A stretch of 24,000 nt of DNA from Pseudomonas solani (GTDB lineage: Bacteria; Pseudomonadota; Gammaproteobacteria; Pseudomonadales; Pseudomonadaceae): contig NZ_AP023081.1 of NCBI RefSeq assembly GCF_026072635.1, forward strand, positions 3,373,850 to 3,397,849, written 5' to 3'. The position numbers and the translations under genes were made by a program. Under the pieces are notes generated by a model, which was not told where the DNA came from, did no database searches, and saw nothing but the letters and a program-made list of their open reading frames with translations. Shown here one piece after another: positions 15,182 through 23,498 of the stretch. How positions within the stretch are numbered: the first letter of the stretch is position 1; every line of letters begins with the position of its first letter.

Positions 15182-16104
15182 TGTTCACCGACGACGAACT
15201 GCAACGCCTGCGCCGGCACGGATTGGTGCCTTTCGCCGGGCGCATCATTCACGAGGCCCGGCCGCCGATCACCGATGCCGAGCTGGCCGAGGTGGAGCAG
15301 CGCCTGGGGCGCCCGCTGCCGCCGACCCTGGTGCGGCTGTGGCGTGTCGCCTTCGGTGGCCGCCTCGATTACGACGTCCAGGTGGACTACCAGGGCCATC
15401 TGCATCCCTTCTCCCTGAGCGAGCTGTTCTTCCCCGGCAGTGACGGCTACCACGACCTGTGGGGCTGGGTCGAGCACGAGGAGGAGGGCGCTCGGGAGTT
15501 CGCCGAGGACGACGGCCGTGAGTGGGATGGGCGCCTGGCGTTCCTGCCCGTGGGCGGCTTCGAGTACCTGGAGCGCATCTATGTCCGCATCGAGCCGGGT
15601 GACAATTTCGGCGCTGTCTATGCCTGGAGCAAGGGGCTGCCGCCGGCCTGGCCCATGCGCCTGCACGAGGATTCCTTCGCCCGGGTGGCGGACGATCTGG
15701 AAGGGCTGTTCGCCCAACTGGTGTATTACAGCGACCCCTTTGCCGAGGGCGCCGACGGTACCGGCCTGGAGCTGGACGAGGCGCTGGACCCGCTGGCCGC
15801 CGAGGATGCCGGGTTGGCGCAGCGGCTGCGGGCTGGGATGAGCGCCCAGGTGCAGGACTGGCGCGGTGCGCTGGAGGACGGCCGGCTACTGGCCGCGCCG
15901 GCCTTGCAGCGCCTCGCTCTGGAACACGCCGTGGAGGCCGGTGACGAAGCACTGCTGACGCGTCTGGCCGATGCGGGTGTGGACCTCGGGCAGCTGATCC
16001 GCGGTGGGGCGAATGCGCCGGTATACGCCCGCCTGCTCAAGCGCGAGGCCGTGGTGGCCTGGTTCGCTGGACGCGGCATCGCCGAGCGCTACCTCGATCA
16101 GTAG
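15181..16104 (+). CDS. SMI1/KNR4 (SUKH superfamily) protein with a helical C-terminal extension (307 aa)
   Basis: ITDAELAEVEQRLGRPLPPTLVRLWRVAFGGRLDY is the classic SUKH N-terminal motif. The ATG overlaps the NADAR TGA (cTGATG at 15179-15183). Confidence 0.8.
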   Translation: MFTDDELQRLRRHGLVPFAGRIIHEARPPITDAELAEVEQRLGRPLPPTLVRLWRVAFGGRLDYDVQVDYQGHLHPFSLSELFFPGSDGYHDLWGWVEHEEEGAREFAEDDGREWDGRLAFLPVGGFEYLERIYVRIEPGDNFGAVYAWSKGLPPAWPMRLHEDSFARVADDLEGLFAQLVYYSDPFAEGADGTGLELDEALDPLAAEDAGLAQRLRAGMSAQVQDWRGALEDGRLLAAPALQRLALEHAVEAGDEALLTRLADAGVDLGQLIRGGANAPVYARLLKREAVVAWFAGRGIAERYLDQ

Positions 16105-17955
16105 TGGTACCAGCGCAGCTGCAGCATCACTTCGTTGTCATTGCCGCCGAGCTGGCTGAAGGAGCGCTCGGCGGAGAGGCGCAGGCCCAGGTCTGGGCCC
16201 AGCTCCCATTGCTGGTTGAGTGACAGGCGCCGGCGCACCTCGCCGTTGTGGAAGTAGTCGCCGGCCGCTTCCAGGCTGAGGGTGCCCAGGGGGTTGCGCC
16301 AGAGCAGCCCGGTATCGAAGCCGCCGGCCCCGGCGACGAAGGCGCCGAAATCCGGGTTGTGCTCCACCCGGGCGGTGGCCAGGGCGTAGTAGAGGGCGTC
16401 GTCCCCCAGTTGCCAGCTGCCGCCCACGCCGCCGTTGAGGTGGCTCACCAGGGTTTCGTCACCGTCCTTGCCGGGCACCCGTTCCAGGCCGCCGGCCACC
16501 TGCCAGGACCAGGGCTGCAGCAACTGGGTGCGCGGGGTCAGCGAGCGGATGGTGGCGAAGTCCAGTTGTTGCAGCTGCCAGTGGTTCTGCTCGTACTGGC
16601 GCAGCTTGAGCTGGAGGATTTCGATCTGCGCACCGAGGGGAAGCCGGCGAGGTTGTCGTTGAGGTCGTGGTAGGCCATGCGCAGGCCGTACTCGGCGTAG
16701 GCGCGGTCTTCACGGCTGCCTACGCCCAGTTGCCAGGTGCGCGACTCGTGGCCTTCCTCGGGCAGCGCCGGGCGTTCGGCCTGCAGCGGGGGCGGCGGGT
16801 TCTGGTTGATCGCCCGCAGCAGCTGGAAGCTGCGTTGCGCACGGGCGCCGCTGCGTTCCTCGCCGGTGGAGCGGTAGCGCTCGAGGCGGAAGGCGGCGTC
16901 CTGGATCAGCGCGCGGCGCGGGGCGGGCAGGGCGCGGAAGGCCGGGTCGTCCAGCAGGCCTTCATCTTCCGCCAGGCGCAGGACCCAGTCCTGCTCGTCG
17001 CCATCCAGTGGCGCGGCACGGGCCATCAGTTCCTTTTCCCGCGAGGGGCGGTAGTCGATCTGCTCCACCAGCCCGGCGTCCTTGATGGCGCGCACGGTGT
17101 CGGTGGGGATGGCGGTGAGCGGGAACTGCTCGGTGAGCTCGATGCCGGGGCGGGCGATCTCCAGCAGCTCCAGCAGGCGGTAGGAGCAGTTCTCGTCGAA
17201 GAAGAAGTAGTCGAAGCGCACCTGGCGCAGCTCCCACACGTGCTCGACCATGCGCCCGGTTTCCTCGGCGGTGAGATTGAGTCGGTACTCCCACAGGTCG
17301 CGGTTTTCCAGGCGGCTGTATTCCTTGAGCTTGTCGCGGTAGGGCACCAGGGCGAAGAGGCCGGGGTAGCCCCCATCAGGCCCTTCCAGGCGTAGAGGAT
17401 GCTGTTGTCCGCGCCTTCGATGAAGGCACCGAAGTTGAGCGCGTAGCTGAGCAGGGCAGAGTTGTTCTCCTGCACGTCGGGCTGGTCGATGCGCAGCAGG
17501 GTGTGGCCGAACATGGACGAGGGGCTGTTGAGGTAGGCCGCAGGGAAGATCAGCACCGTGCTGTGGGGGTTGATGTCGCGGTACCAGTTGGCGAATTCGC
17601 TGCAGGCCGGCGCCGACAGCCCGGTCAGCTGCAGGCGTTCGCGCAGCCAGCGGGTGCGCGCCGGGTAGAGGCATTGCGGGTGGCGATCGCCGAGGCTGGC
17701 GTCCTGGTAGAGGGCGTTCACCGTGGCGGCGAGTTCGGCGGCGGGGTCGCTGTCGCCGTTTTCGGCGAGGAAGAAGCGTTCGTCGTCGACGTAGCTGCGC
17801 CAGCCGCCGAGCTTGCCGGTTTCGTAATGGCCGAGGGCGATCCAGTAGGGGTCTTGCGCCAGGCGCTGCAGGGTTTGCTGGGGAATGGCGGGGGCCGCCA
17901 TCAGGTGTGTACAGGTGCAGAGCGCCAGGAGGGAGAAGATCCGTTTCAACTGCAC
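16098..17955 (-). pseudogene. DUF4105-type (Lnb N-terminal periplasmic domain) protein with a beta-barrel-like C-terminus, interrupted by two 1-nt frameshifts
   Basis: Three consecutive minus-strand ORF pieces (17955..~17372, ~17372..~16638, ~16638..16098) read through as one ~620 aa protein if one G is added to the run at 17370-17374 (..AWKGLMG|GYPGLFALVPYRDKL..) and one C is added to the run at 16636-16639 (..LAGFP|LGAQIEILQLKLRQYEQ..). Signal peptide MQLKRIFSLLALCTCTHLMA. Ends ...LQLRWYHY. Confidence 0.8.
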
Positions 17956-18167
17956 TGCTCGCTTTCGCCTGGGGAGGGGATGGGCGAGCTTTGGCGATGC
18001 CCGGGGTGGGTGTCAAGCAAGGCCAGAATGCACGATTGCGCAAGCCTTCCGATGCATTTGCGAAGCGCCTCGCGCTGCGCTCCGCTGAGGTCGGAACGCC
18101 TTGCAACGCGGACGAAGGCGGCGCCAGAATGCGGCCATTGCTTCCGCGTCACCCATAAGGATTTCCG

Positions 18168-20681
18168 ATGCCCGATCCCCTCGCCGCTTCCCTGCGCCTG
18201 GCGCCCGATGCGCTCACCCGCCCCTTCGACTCCAAGCAGTTCGCCTTCGCCACCACCGACGACCTCGAACCTTTCCGCGGCGTGCTCGGCCAGGAGCGCG
18301 CAGTGGAAGCCCTGCAGTTCGGCGTCGCCATGCCGCGCCCGGGTTACAACGTTTATGTGATGGGCGAGCCGGGTACCGGTCGTTTCTCCTTCGTGCAGCG
18401 CTACCTCAAGGCTGAAGGCAAGCGCCTGGAAACGCCGATGGACTGGGTCTACGTCAACAACTTCGAGGAGCCGCGCGAGCCCCGCGCCGTGCAGTTGCCA
18501 CCGGGTGAGGCGAACGCCTTCATCACCGACATCGGCCAGCTTGTGGATAACCTGCTGGCGACCTTCCCGGCGGTGTTCGAGACGCCCACGTTCCAGCAGA
18601 AGAAGAGCGCGATCGACCGCGCCTTCAACCAGCGTTACGACCGTGCCCTGGATGTGATCGAGCGCCTGGCGCTGGAGAGGGACGTGGCGCTCTACCGCGA
18701 CAGTGCCAATATCGCCTTCACCCCGATGAAGGATGGCAAGGCGCTGGACGAGGCCGAGTTCGCCCAACTGCCGGAAGCCGAGCGCGAACGCTTCCACGAG
18801 GATATCTCCAGCCTGGAGGAGCGCCTCAACGAGGAGCTGGCCAGCCTGCCGCAGTGGAAGCGCGAGTCCAGCAACCAACTGCGCCAGCTCAACGACGAGA
18901 CCATCACCCAGGCCCTGCAGCCGCTGCTGTGCGTGCTCTCCGAGAAGTACGCGGAGAACGCTGGCGTGGTCGCCTACCTGCAGGCCATGCAGGTGAACCT
19001 GCTGAAGACCGTGGTCGACCAGATGCTCGACGACAAGCCGGACCTGCAGCGCCGCGAGATGCTCGAGGAGCAGTACTGCCCGAGCCTGGTGGTGGGCCAT
19101 CCGGCCAGCGGCGGCGCGCCGGTGGTGTTCGAGTCGCACCCGACCTACGACAACCTGTTCGGCCGCATCGAGTACGGCACCGACCAGGGCGCCCTCTATA
19201 CCAGCTACCGGCAGTTGCGCCCGGGTGCCCTGCACCGCGCCAACGGCGGCTTCCTGGTGCTGGAGGCGGAGAAGCTGCTGAGCGAGCCCTTCGTCTGGGA
19301 CGCGCTCAAGCGCGCCCTGCACTCGCGCCAACTGAAGATGGAGTCGCCCCTGGCCGAGTTGGGCCGGCTGGCCACGGTGACCCTGACGCCCCAGGTGATC
19401 CCGCTGCAGCTGAAGGTGGTGATCATCGGTTCGCGCCAGCTGTATTACACGCTGCAGGACCTGGATCCGGACTTCCAGGAGATGTTCCGCGTGCTGGTGG
19501 ACTTCGACGAGGAGATCCCGCTGTCTGAAGAGACCCTCGAACAGTTCGCCCAACTGCTCAAGACCCGTACCTCGGAGGAGGGCATGGCGCCGTTGAGCGC
19601 TGCCGCGGTGGCGCGCCTGGCCACCTACAGCGCGCGCCTGGCGGAGAACCAGAAGCGCCTCTCGGCGAAGATTGGCGACCTGTTCCAGCTGCTCAGCGAG
19701 GCGGACTTCGTGCGCCAGCTGGCCGGCGAGAAGGTGACCGATGCCGAGCACATCGAGCGTGCGCTGAAATCCAAGGCGACCCGCACCGGGCGCGTTTCGG
19801 CGCGCATCCTCGATGACATGCTGGCGGGCATCATCTTGATCGACACCGATGGCGCGGCGGTGGGCAAGTGCAACGGCCTCACGGTGCTGGAGGTGGGCGA
19901 CTCGGCCTTCGGTGTTCCCGCCCGGATTTCCGCCACGGTGTACCCGGGCGGCTCGGGCATCGTCGACATCGAGCGCGAGGTCAACCTTGGCCAGCCCATC
20001 CACTCCAAGGGCGTGATGATCCTCACCGGTTACCTGGGCAGCCGTTATGCACAGGAGTTCCCGCTGGAGATTTCCGCGAGCATCGCCCTGGAGCAGTCCT
20101 ACGGCTACGTCGATGGCGACAGCGCTTCCCTGGGCGAGGTCTGCACCCTGATCTCTGCCCTGTCGCGCACGCCGCTGAAACAGTGCTTCGCCATCACCGG
20201 CTCGATCAACCAGTTCGGCGAGGTGCAGGCAGTCGGCGGGGTCAACGAGAAGATCGAGGGCTTCTTCCGCCTCTGCGAGGCGCGTGGCCTGACGGGCGAA
20301 CAAGGCGTGATCATCCCCCAGGCCAACGTCGCCACCCTGATGCTCGACGAGCGCGTGTTGCAGGCGGTGCGTGCCGGACGCTTCCATGTCTACGCGGTGC
20401 GCCAGGCCGACGAGGCGCTGAGCCTGCTGGTGGGCGAGGCGGCGGGCAGCCCGGACGACAAGGGCCGTTTCCCCAAGGGCAGCGTCAACGCCCGGGTGGT
20501 GGAGCGCCTGCGCGAGATCGCCGAGATGGGCATGGAGGAGGAAGAGAAACCCGATGCGGCCAAGGAAGCCGTCGCCGCGCTGGAGAAAGCGCCGGCGCCG
20601 GCCAAGCCTCCGCGCAAGGGACCGAAGAAGGAGCCCGGCAAGAAGACCCCGCCCGAGGACAAGATCCAGGGGCCGGCCTGA
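18168..20681 (+). CDS. Lon-like ATP-dependent protease, YcbZ/LonH-type (837 aa)
   Basis: AAA+ Walker A GEPGTGRFS. Long helical insertion. C-terminal Lon protease domain with catalytic Ser in VDGDSASLGE and Lys in GGVNEKIEGF. TAAGGA SD. From memory it corresponds to the P. aeruginosa 'probable ATP-dependent protease' near fklB. Confidence 0.93.
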   Translation: MPDPLAASLRLAPDALTRPFDSKQFAFATTDDLEPFRGVLGQERAVEALQFGVAMPRPGYNVYVMGEPGTGRFSFVQRYLKAEGKRLETPMDWVYVNNFEEPREPRAVQLPPGEANAFITDIGQLVDNLLATFPAVFETPTFQQKKSAIDRAFNQRYDRALDVIERLALERDVALYRDSANIAFTPMKDGKALDEAEFAQLPEAERERFHEDISSLEERLNEELASLPQWKRESSNQLRQLNDETITQALQPLLCVLSEKYAENAGVVAYLQAMQVNLLKTVVDQMLDDKPDLQRREMLEEQYCPSLVVGHPASGGAPVVFESHPTYDNLFGRIEYGTDQGALYTSYRQLRPGALHRANGGFLVLEAEKLLSEPFVWDALKRALHSRQLKMESPLAELGRLATVTLTPQVIPLQLKVVIIGSRQLYYTLQDLDPDFQEMFRVLVDFDEEIPLSEETLEQFAQLLKTRTSEEGMAPLSAAAVARLATYSARLAENQKRLSAKIGDLFQLLSEADFVRQLAGEKVTDAEHIERALKSKATRTGRVSARILDDMLAGIILIDTDGAAVGKCNGLTVLEVGDSAFGVPARISATVYPGGSGIVDIEREVNLGQPIHSKGVMILTGYLGSRYAQEFPLEISASIALEQSYGYVDGDSASLGEVCTLISALSRTPLKQCFAITGSINQFGEVQAVGGVNEKIEGFFRLCEARGLTGEQGVIIPQANVATLMLDERVLQAVRAGRFHVYAVRQADEALSLLVGEAAGSPDDKGRFPKGSVNARVVERLREIAEMGMEEEEKPDAAKEAVAALEKAPAPAKPPRKGPKKEPGKKTPPEDKIQGPA

Positions 20682-20799
20682 CCAGGCGATGACCGGTCAC
20701 GGCGCTTGCGGGCGTCGTGGCTGGTCAGTCATTGAGCGATAAGGGCCGGCCCAGCGCGGCTGCCGGTCCGACAGACTTTTCACCACTCCATCCACAGGC

Positions 20800-20822
20800 T
20801 TATCCACAGCTGGCGTGGATAA
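20800..20822. promoter_or_regulatory. 23-bp palindromic operator-like site (copy 1) containing a perfect DnaA-box 9-mer
   Basis: TTATCCAC-AGCTGGC-GTGGATAA: perfect 8-bp inverted repeat with a 7-bp spacer. TTATCCACA equals the DnaA-box consensus. It lies 70 nt upstream of the 113-aa ORF. A third partial box CCATCCACA sits at 20789-20797. Confidence 0.5.
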
Positions 20823-20891
20823 GGTTTCCTCACTTCCTCACGGTTGCATGCGGGTGTAGGCTGGCCGCAGGTCTACGCGAGGAACGCCGTT

Positions 20892-21233
20892 ATGTCCCGC
20901 AACCTCTGCCTTACCCGTCAATGCCTGGGGTTGGTTACGCGCATCGAGTGCGTGATCCTGCCACTGGCTGGAGAGAAGGGACTCTGGACGCTTATCTGCG
21001 CGGCCGGCATCTCCGGGGCGCAGCCCTCCGCGCTCAAGGCGCAGGGCCCATTCCACGGGCCTTTCGTCGCTGAATCGGTACTGTCTGCGATTGCCTCTTG
21101 CCTGGCCGAGCTGGGCTACTGCGAATGCGCGGACCCGATGATCTGGCGTATCCATGTGCAGGGTGAGTTGCGCCGGCTGAACGGCGAGCGGCGTCACAGC
21201 CTGGGCAGCTTCCTGTTCAGCCCGGAGACCTGA
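20892..21233 (+). CDS. Cys-rich hypothetical protein (113 aa)
   Basis: GAGGAA SD 7 nt upstream of the ATG at 20892. Codon third positions are GC-biased. The longer 20844 start has no SD. I recognise no family. Confidence 0.6.
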   Translation: MSRNLCLTRQCLGLVTRIECVILPLAGEKGLWTLICAAGISGAQPSALKAQGPFHGPFVAESVLSAIASCLAELGYCECADPMIWRIHVQGELRRLNGERRHSLGSFLFSPET

Positions 21234-21323
21234 CGGCCGTCGCGTTGAGCAGCTTTTGCGCAGCGCCCGACAAGCCCCGACTACGCCTGCTCCGGGCCAT
21301 CGTTCCCAAGACTGTTCACAGGG

Positions 21324-21346
21324 TTATCCACAGCTGTTGGGGATAT
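21324..21346. promoter_or_regulatory. 23-bp operator-like site (copy 2), degenerate right arm
   Basis: TTATCCACAGCTGTTGGGGATAT. The first 13 nt are identical to copy 1 and 19/23 positions match overall. It lies 83-105 nt upstream of the yqhA ATG. Confidence 0.45.
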
Positions 21347-21428
21347 TTCGAGGCATTACTTGCCTGTTTTTCTGTAGGAATGTGCTCGTTATACTCGCCG
21401 CCAGTTTTGATTCTGGATGCGAGGCTTC

Positions 21429-21923
21429 ATGGAACGCTTATTGGAAAACACGATGTACGCGGCGCGCTGGCTGCTGGCGCCCATCTACTTCGGCCTGTCC
21501 CTGGCGCTGTTGGCGCTGTCGCTGAAGTTCTTCCAGGAGGTCTATCACGTCCTCCCGCATGTTTTCGAGAAAACCGAAGCCGAACTGATCCTGGTGCTGC
21601 TGTCGCTGATCGACATGTCGCTGGTGGGCGGCCTGCTGGTGATGGTGATGATCTCGGGCTACGAGAATTTCGTCTCCCAGCTGGATATCGATGAAGGCAA
21701 GGAGAAGCTCAGCTGGCTGGGCAAGATGGATTCCGGCTCGCTGAAGATGAAGGTGGCCGCGTCCATCGTGGCGATCTCGTCGATCCACCTGCTGCGAGTG
21801 TTCATGGATGCGCAGAACATCGATAACGCCAAGATCATGTGGTACGTGATCCTGCACATGACCTTCGTGATCTCGGCGTTCGCCATGGGTTACCTGGACA
21901 AGATGACCAAGCACGATCACTGA
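21429..21923 (+). CDS. yqhA: UPF0114 inner-membrane protein YqhA (164 aa)
   Basis: [27 protein letters not shown]...[11 protein letters not shown]...KLSWLGKMD...[20 protein letters not shown] is near-collinear with E. coli YqhA as I remember it. GCGAGG SD before 21429. Confidence 0.93.
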   Translation: MERLLENTMYAARWLLAPIYFGLSLALLALSLKFFQEVYHVLPHVFEKTEAELILVLLSLIDMSLVGGLLVMVMISGYENFVSQLDIDEGKEKLSWLGKMDSGSLKMKVAASIVAISSIHLLRVFMDAQNIDNAKIMWYVILHMTFVISAFAMGYLDKMTKHDH

Positions 21924-21943
21924 TCGCCTTCCTGCTCCACCAT

Positions 21944-21985
21944 GACCGCCCGTCAGCGTCCTGCTCGCGGGCGGTCGTGTTTCTG
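21944..21985 (+). terminator. Candidate intrinsic terminator after yqhA
   Basis: GACCGCCCG (21944-21952) pairs with CGGGCGGTC (21968-21976), followed by GTGTTTCTG. The loop is long (15 nt), so confidence is moderate. Confidence 0.5.
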
Positions 21986-22053
21986 CCCGGCGGTTTTGAT
22001 CCTGTACAGAAACTGTATTTAACTTTTTCCTGTACAGACCGCGAGGTGACGCC

Positions 22054-22359
22054 ATGAACCTGCAGACCCTTTCCAGCGAAGCCCGTGCCGGGCATATCGA
22101 GGGGCTCGACCTCATCTCCATGGAAGGGGGCATCTACCTGTTGCAGGCGCATATCGATGGGCGCTGCCACACCCTGGACGATGGCCGTGGCCACGCGATG
22201 CAACTGCGCTCGGTGGAGCATGCGCGGGGGCTGTTGCACGAGCTGCCGCGCCTGCCTTTCTATCTGGTGCATGCGTCGGTGCACGACGAGATGTGCGGCA
22301 TCGCCCCCGATGGGCGCAGCGCGTTGCGGGTGCCGCTGTCGATGGGCTCCTGCCGCTGA
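22054..22359 (+). CDS. Hypothetical protein (101 aa)
   Basis: GAGGTG SD 6 nt upstream. GC3-rich codons. Sits between yqhA and fklB, as a small conserved hypothetical does in related Pseudomonas genomes (from memory). Confidence 0.6.
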   Translation: MNLQTLSSEARAGHIEGLDLISMEGGIYLLQAHIDGRCHTLDDGRGHAMQLRSVEHARGLLHELPRLPFYLVHASVHDEMCGIAPDGRSALRVPLSMGSCR

Positions 22360-22445
22360 ACGGGCGGGGTGCGATGCGGGGATAGGGCGCGGAAGGGGGG
22401 CTGTGCTAGTCTGGCCGACCTTTTTTCCAGAGCGGAGCCCCGGCC

Positions 22446-23063
22446 ATGTCCGAACTCGAATTTTCCACCGATGAAACCCGTGTCAGCTATGGCATCGGCC
22501 GCCAGCTGGGCGACCAGATCCGTGACAATCCCCCGCCCGGCGTGAGCATCGACGCCGTTGTCGCCGGCCTGCGCGATGCCTTCGCCGGCATCGAGAGCCG
22601 TGTGGATGGCAATGCCCTGTCCGCCGCCTTCAAGGTGATCCGCGAGCGTATGCAGGCTGAAGCCCAGGAGAAAGCCGATGCCGCCGCTGGCGAAGGTCGT
22701 GCCTACCTGGTGGAGAACGCCAAGCGTGAAGGCGTGACCCAGCTGCCGTCCGGCCTGCAGTACGAAGTACTGGTCGCGGGCGAGGGCGCCAAGCCTTCCG
22801 CCGAAGACACCGTGCGCACTCACTACCACGGCACCCTGATCGACGGCACCGTGTTCGACAGCTCCTACAACCGTGGCGAGCCGGCCGAATTCCCGGTGGG
22901 TGGCGTGATCGCCGGTTGGGTCGAGGCCCTGCAACTGATGAACGCCGGCAGCAAGTGGCGCCTGCACGTGCCCAGCGAGTTGGCCTATGGCGCCCAGGGC
23001 GTTGGCAGCATCCCGCCGCACAGCGTGCTGGTGTTCGACGTGGAGCTGCTGGAAATCCTCTGA
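22446..23063 (+). CDS. fklB: FKBP-type peptidyl-prolyl cis-trans isomerase FklB (205 aa)
   Basis: N-terminal dimerisation helix region (SYGIGRQLG). C-terminal FKBP domain VRTHYHGTLIDGTVFDSSYNRGEPAEFPVGGVIAGWVEALQLM...PSELAYG...IPPHSVLVFDVELL. Confidence 0.95.
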   Translation: MSELEFSTDETRVSYGIGRQLGDQIRDNPPPGVSIDAVVAGLRDAFAGIESRVDGNALSAAFKVIRERMQAEAQEKADAAAGEGRAYLVENAKREGVTQLPSGLQYEVLVAGEGAKPSAEDTVRTHYHGTLIDGTVFDSSYNRGEPAEFPVGGVIAGWVEALQLMNAGSKWRLHVPSELAYGAQGVGSIPPHSVLVFDVELLEIL

Positions 23064-23202
23064 GCCTTCTCGGGGTGATTGCCGGGCGCGTCGTCCCTGA
23101 CGGCCCGGGAACCGGTGGAGGCGCCTTTGCCTCCGCTCGCACGGCTGGTGCCCCGGGGCACCAACCATGCGGATGACGCGTCCTGCGTCATCTGAACCCC
23201 TC

Positions 23203-23451
23203 TCAGTGCAGCTGGATTTCGTTATGCGGACGCAGTGCCCGTGCATAGCAGAAGAGGAACAGGCTGCGCACCAGCTCCTTGAGTATCAAGGGCTCGCTGG
23301 ACGTCAGGCCGGCGAGGTCGAGATCCCCCTGGTCCCGTAGTTCGTCGAGGGCTTCCTCTTCGAGGATGGCGCACACTTCGCCGGTTTCACGGTGGAGGAT
23401 GCGCAGGTAGGGGTGCGGGCGATCCAGCCAGGCATCGATCAGGTAGGTCAT
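23203..23451 (-). CDS. Small conserved hypothetical protein (82 aa), probably iron-regulated
   Basis: AAGGAG SD 7 nt upstream of the ATG at 23451. Fur-box-like site in its promoter. It occupies the fklB-ispB position where P. aeruginosa has a small, strongly iron-starvation-induced gene (from memory). Confidence 0.7.
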   Translation of the reverse strand: MTYLIDAWLDRPHPYLRILHRETGEVCAILEEEALDELRDQGDLDLAGLTSSEPLILKELVRSLFLFCYARALRPHNEIQLH

Positions 23452-23479
23452 GGCTCATCTCCTTGAAAAGCAGTGAGAT

Positions 23480-23498
23480 GAGAATAATTCCTATTATC
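23480..23498. promoter_or_regulatory. Fur-box-like sequence upstream of the 82-aa gene
   Basis: GAGAATAATTCCTATTATC matches the 19-bp Fur consensus GATAATGATAATCATTATC at 13/19 positions, with the outer hexamers at 5/6 and 6/6. It lies 29-47 nt upstream of the ATG. Confidence 0.5.

Noticed and set aside
17946-20387. 813-aa minus-strand ORF opposite the Lon-like protease gene
   Set aside because: Antisense shadow ORF. Repetitive Leu/Ala/Gly/Arg/His composition, while the plus-strand product has complete AAA+ and Lon protease motifs.
20789-21346. Chromosomal replication origin (oriC) suggested by the DnaA boxes
   Set aside because: There are only three or four boxes. No adjacent AT-rich 13-mer-type unwinding element and no dnaA, dnaN, rpmH or gidA context. 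The boxes are arranged as a 23-bp palindrome in two promoters, which fits transcriptional regulation better.
22001-22037. LexA/SOS box
   Set aside because: CTGT arms are present, but no CTGT-N8-ACAG 16-mer can be aligned. The palindromes are 8-mers (CTGTACAG).
22260-23246. 328-aa minus-strand ORF opposite fklB
   Set aside because: Antisense shadow of fklB that extends over intergenic DNA. No SD and no motifs.
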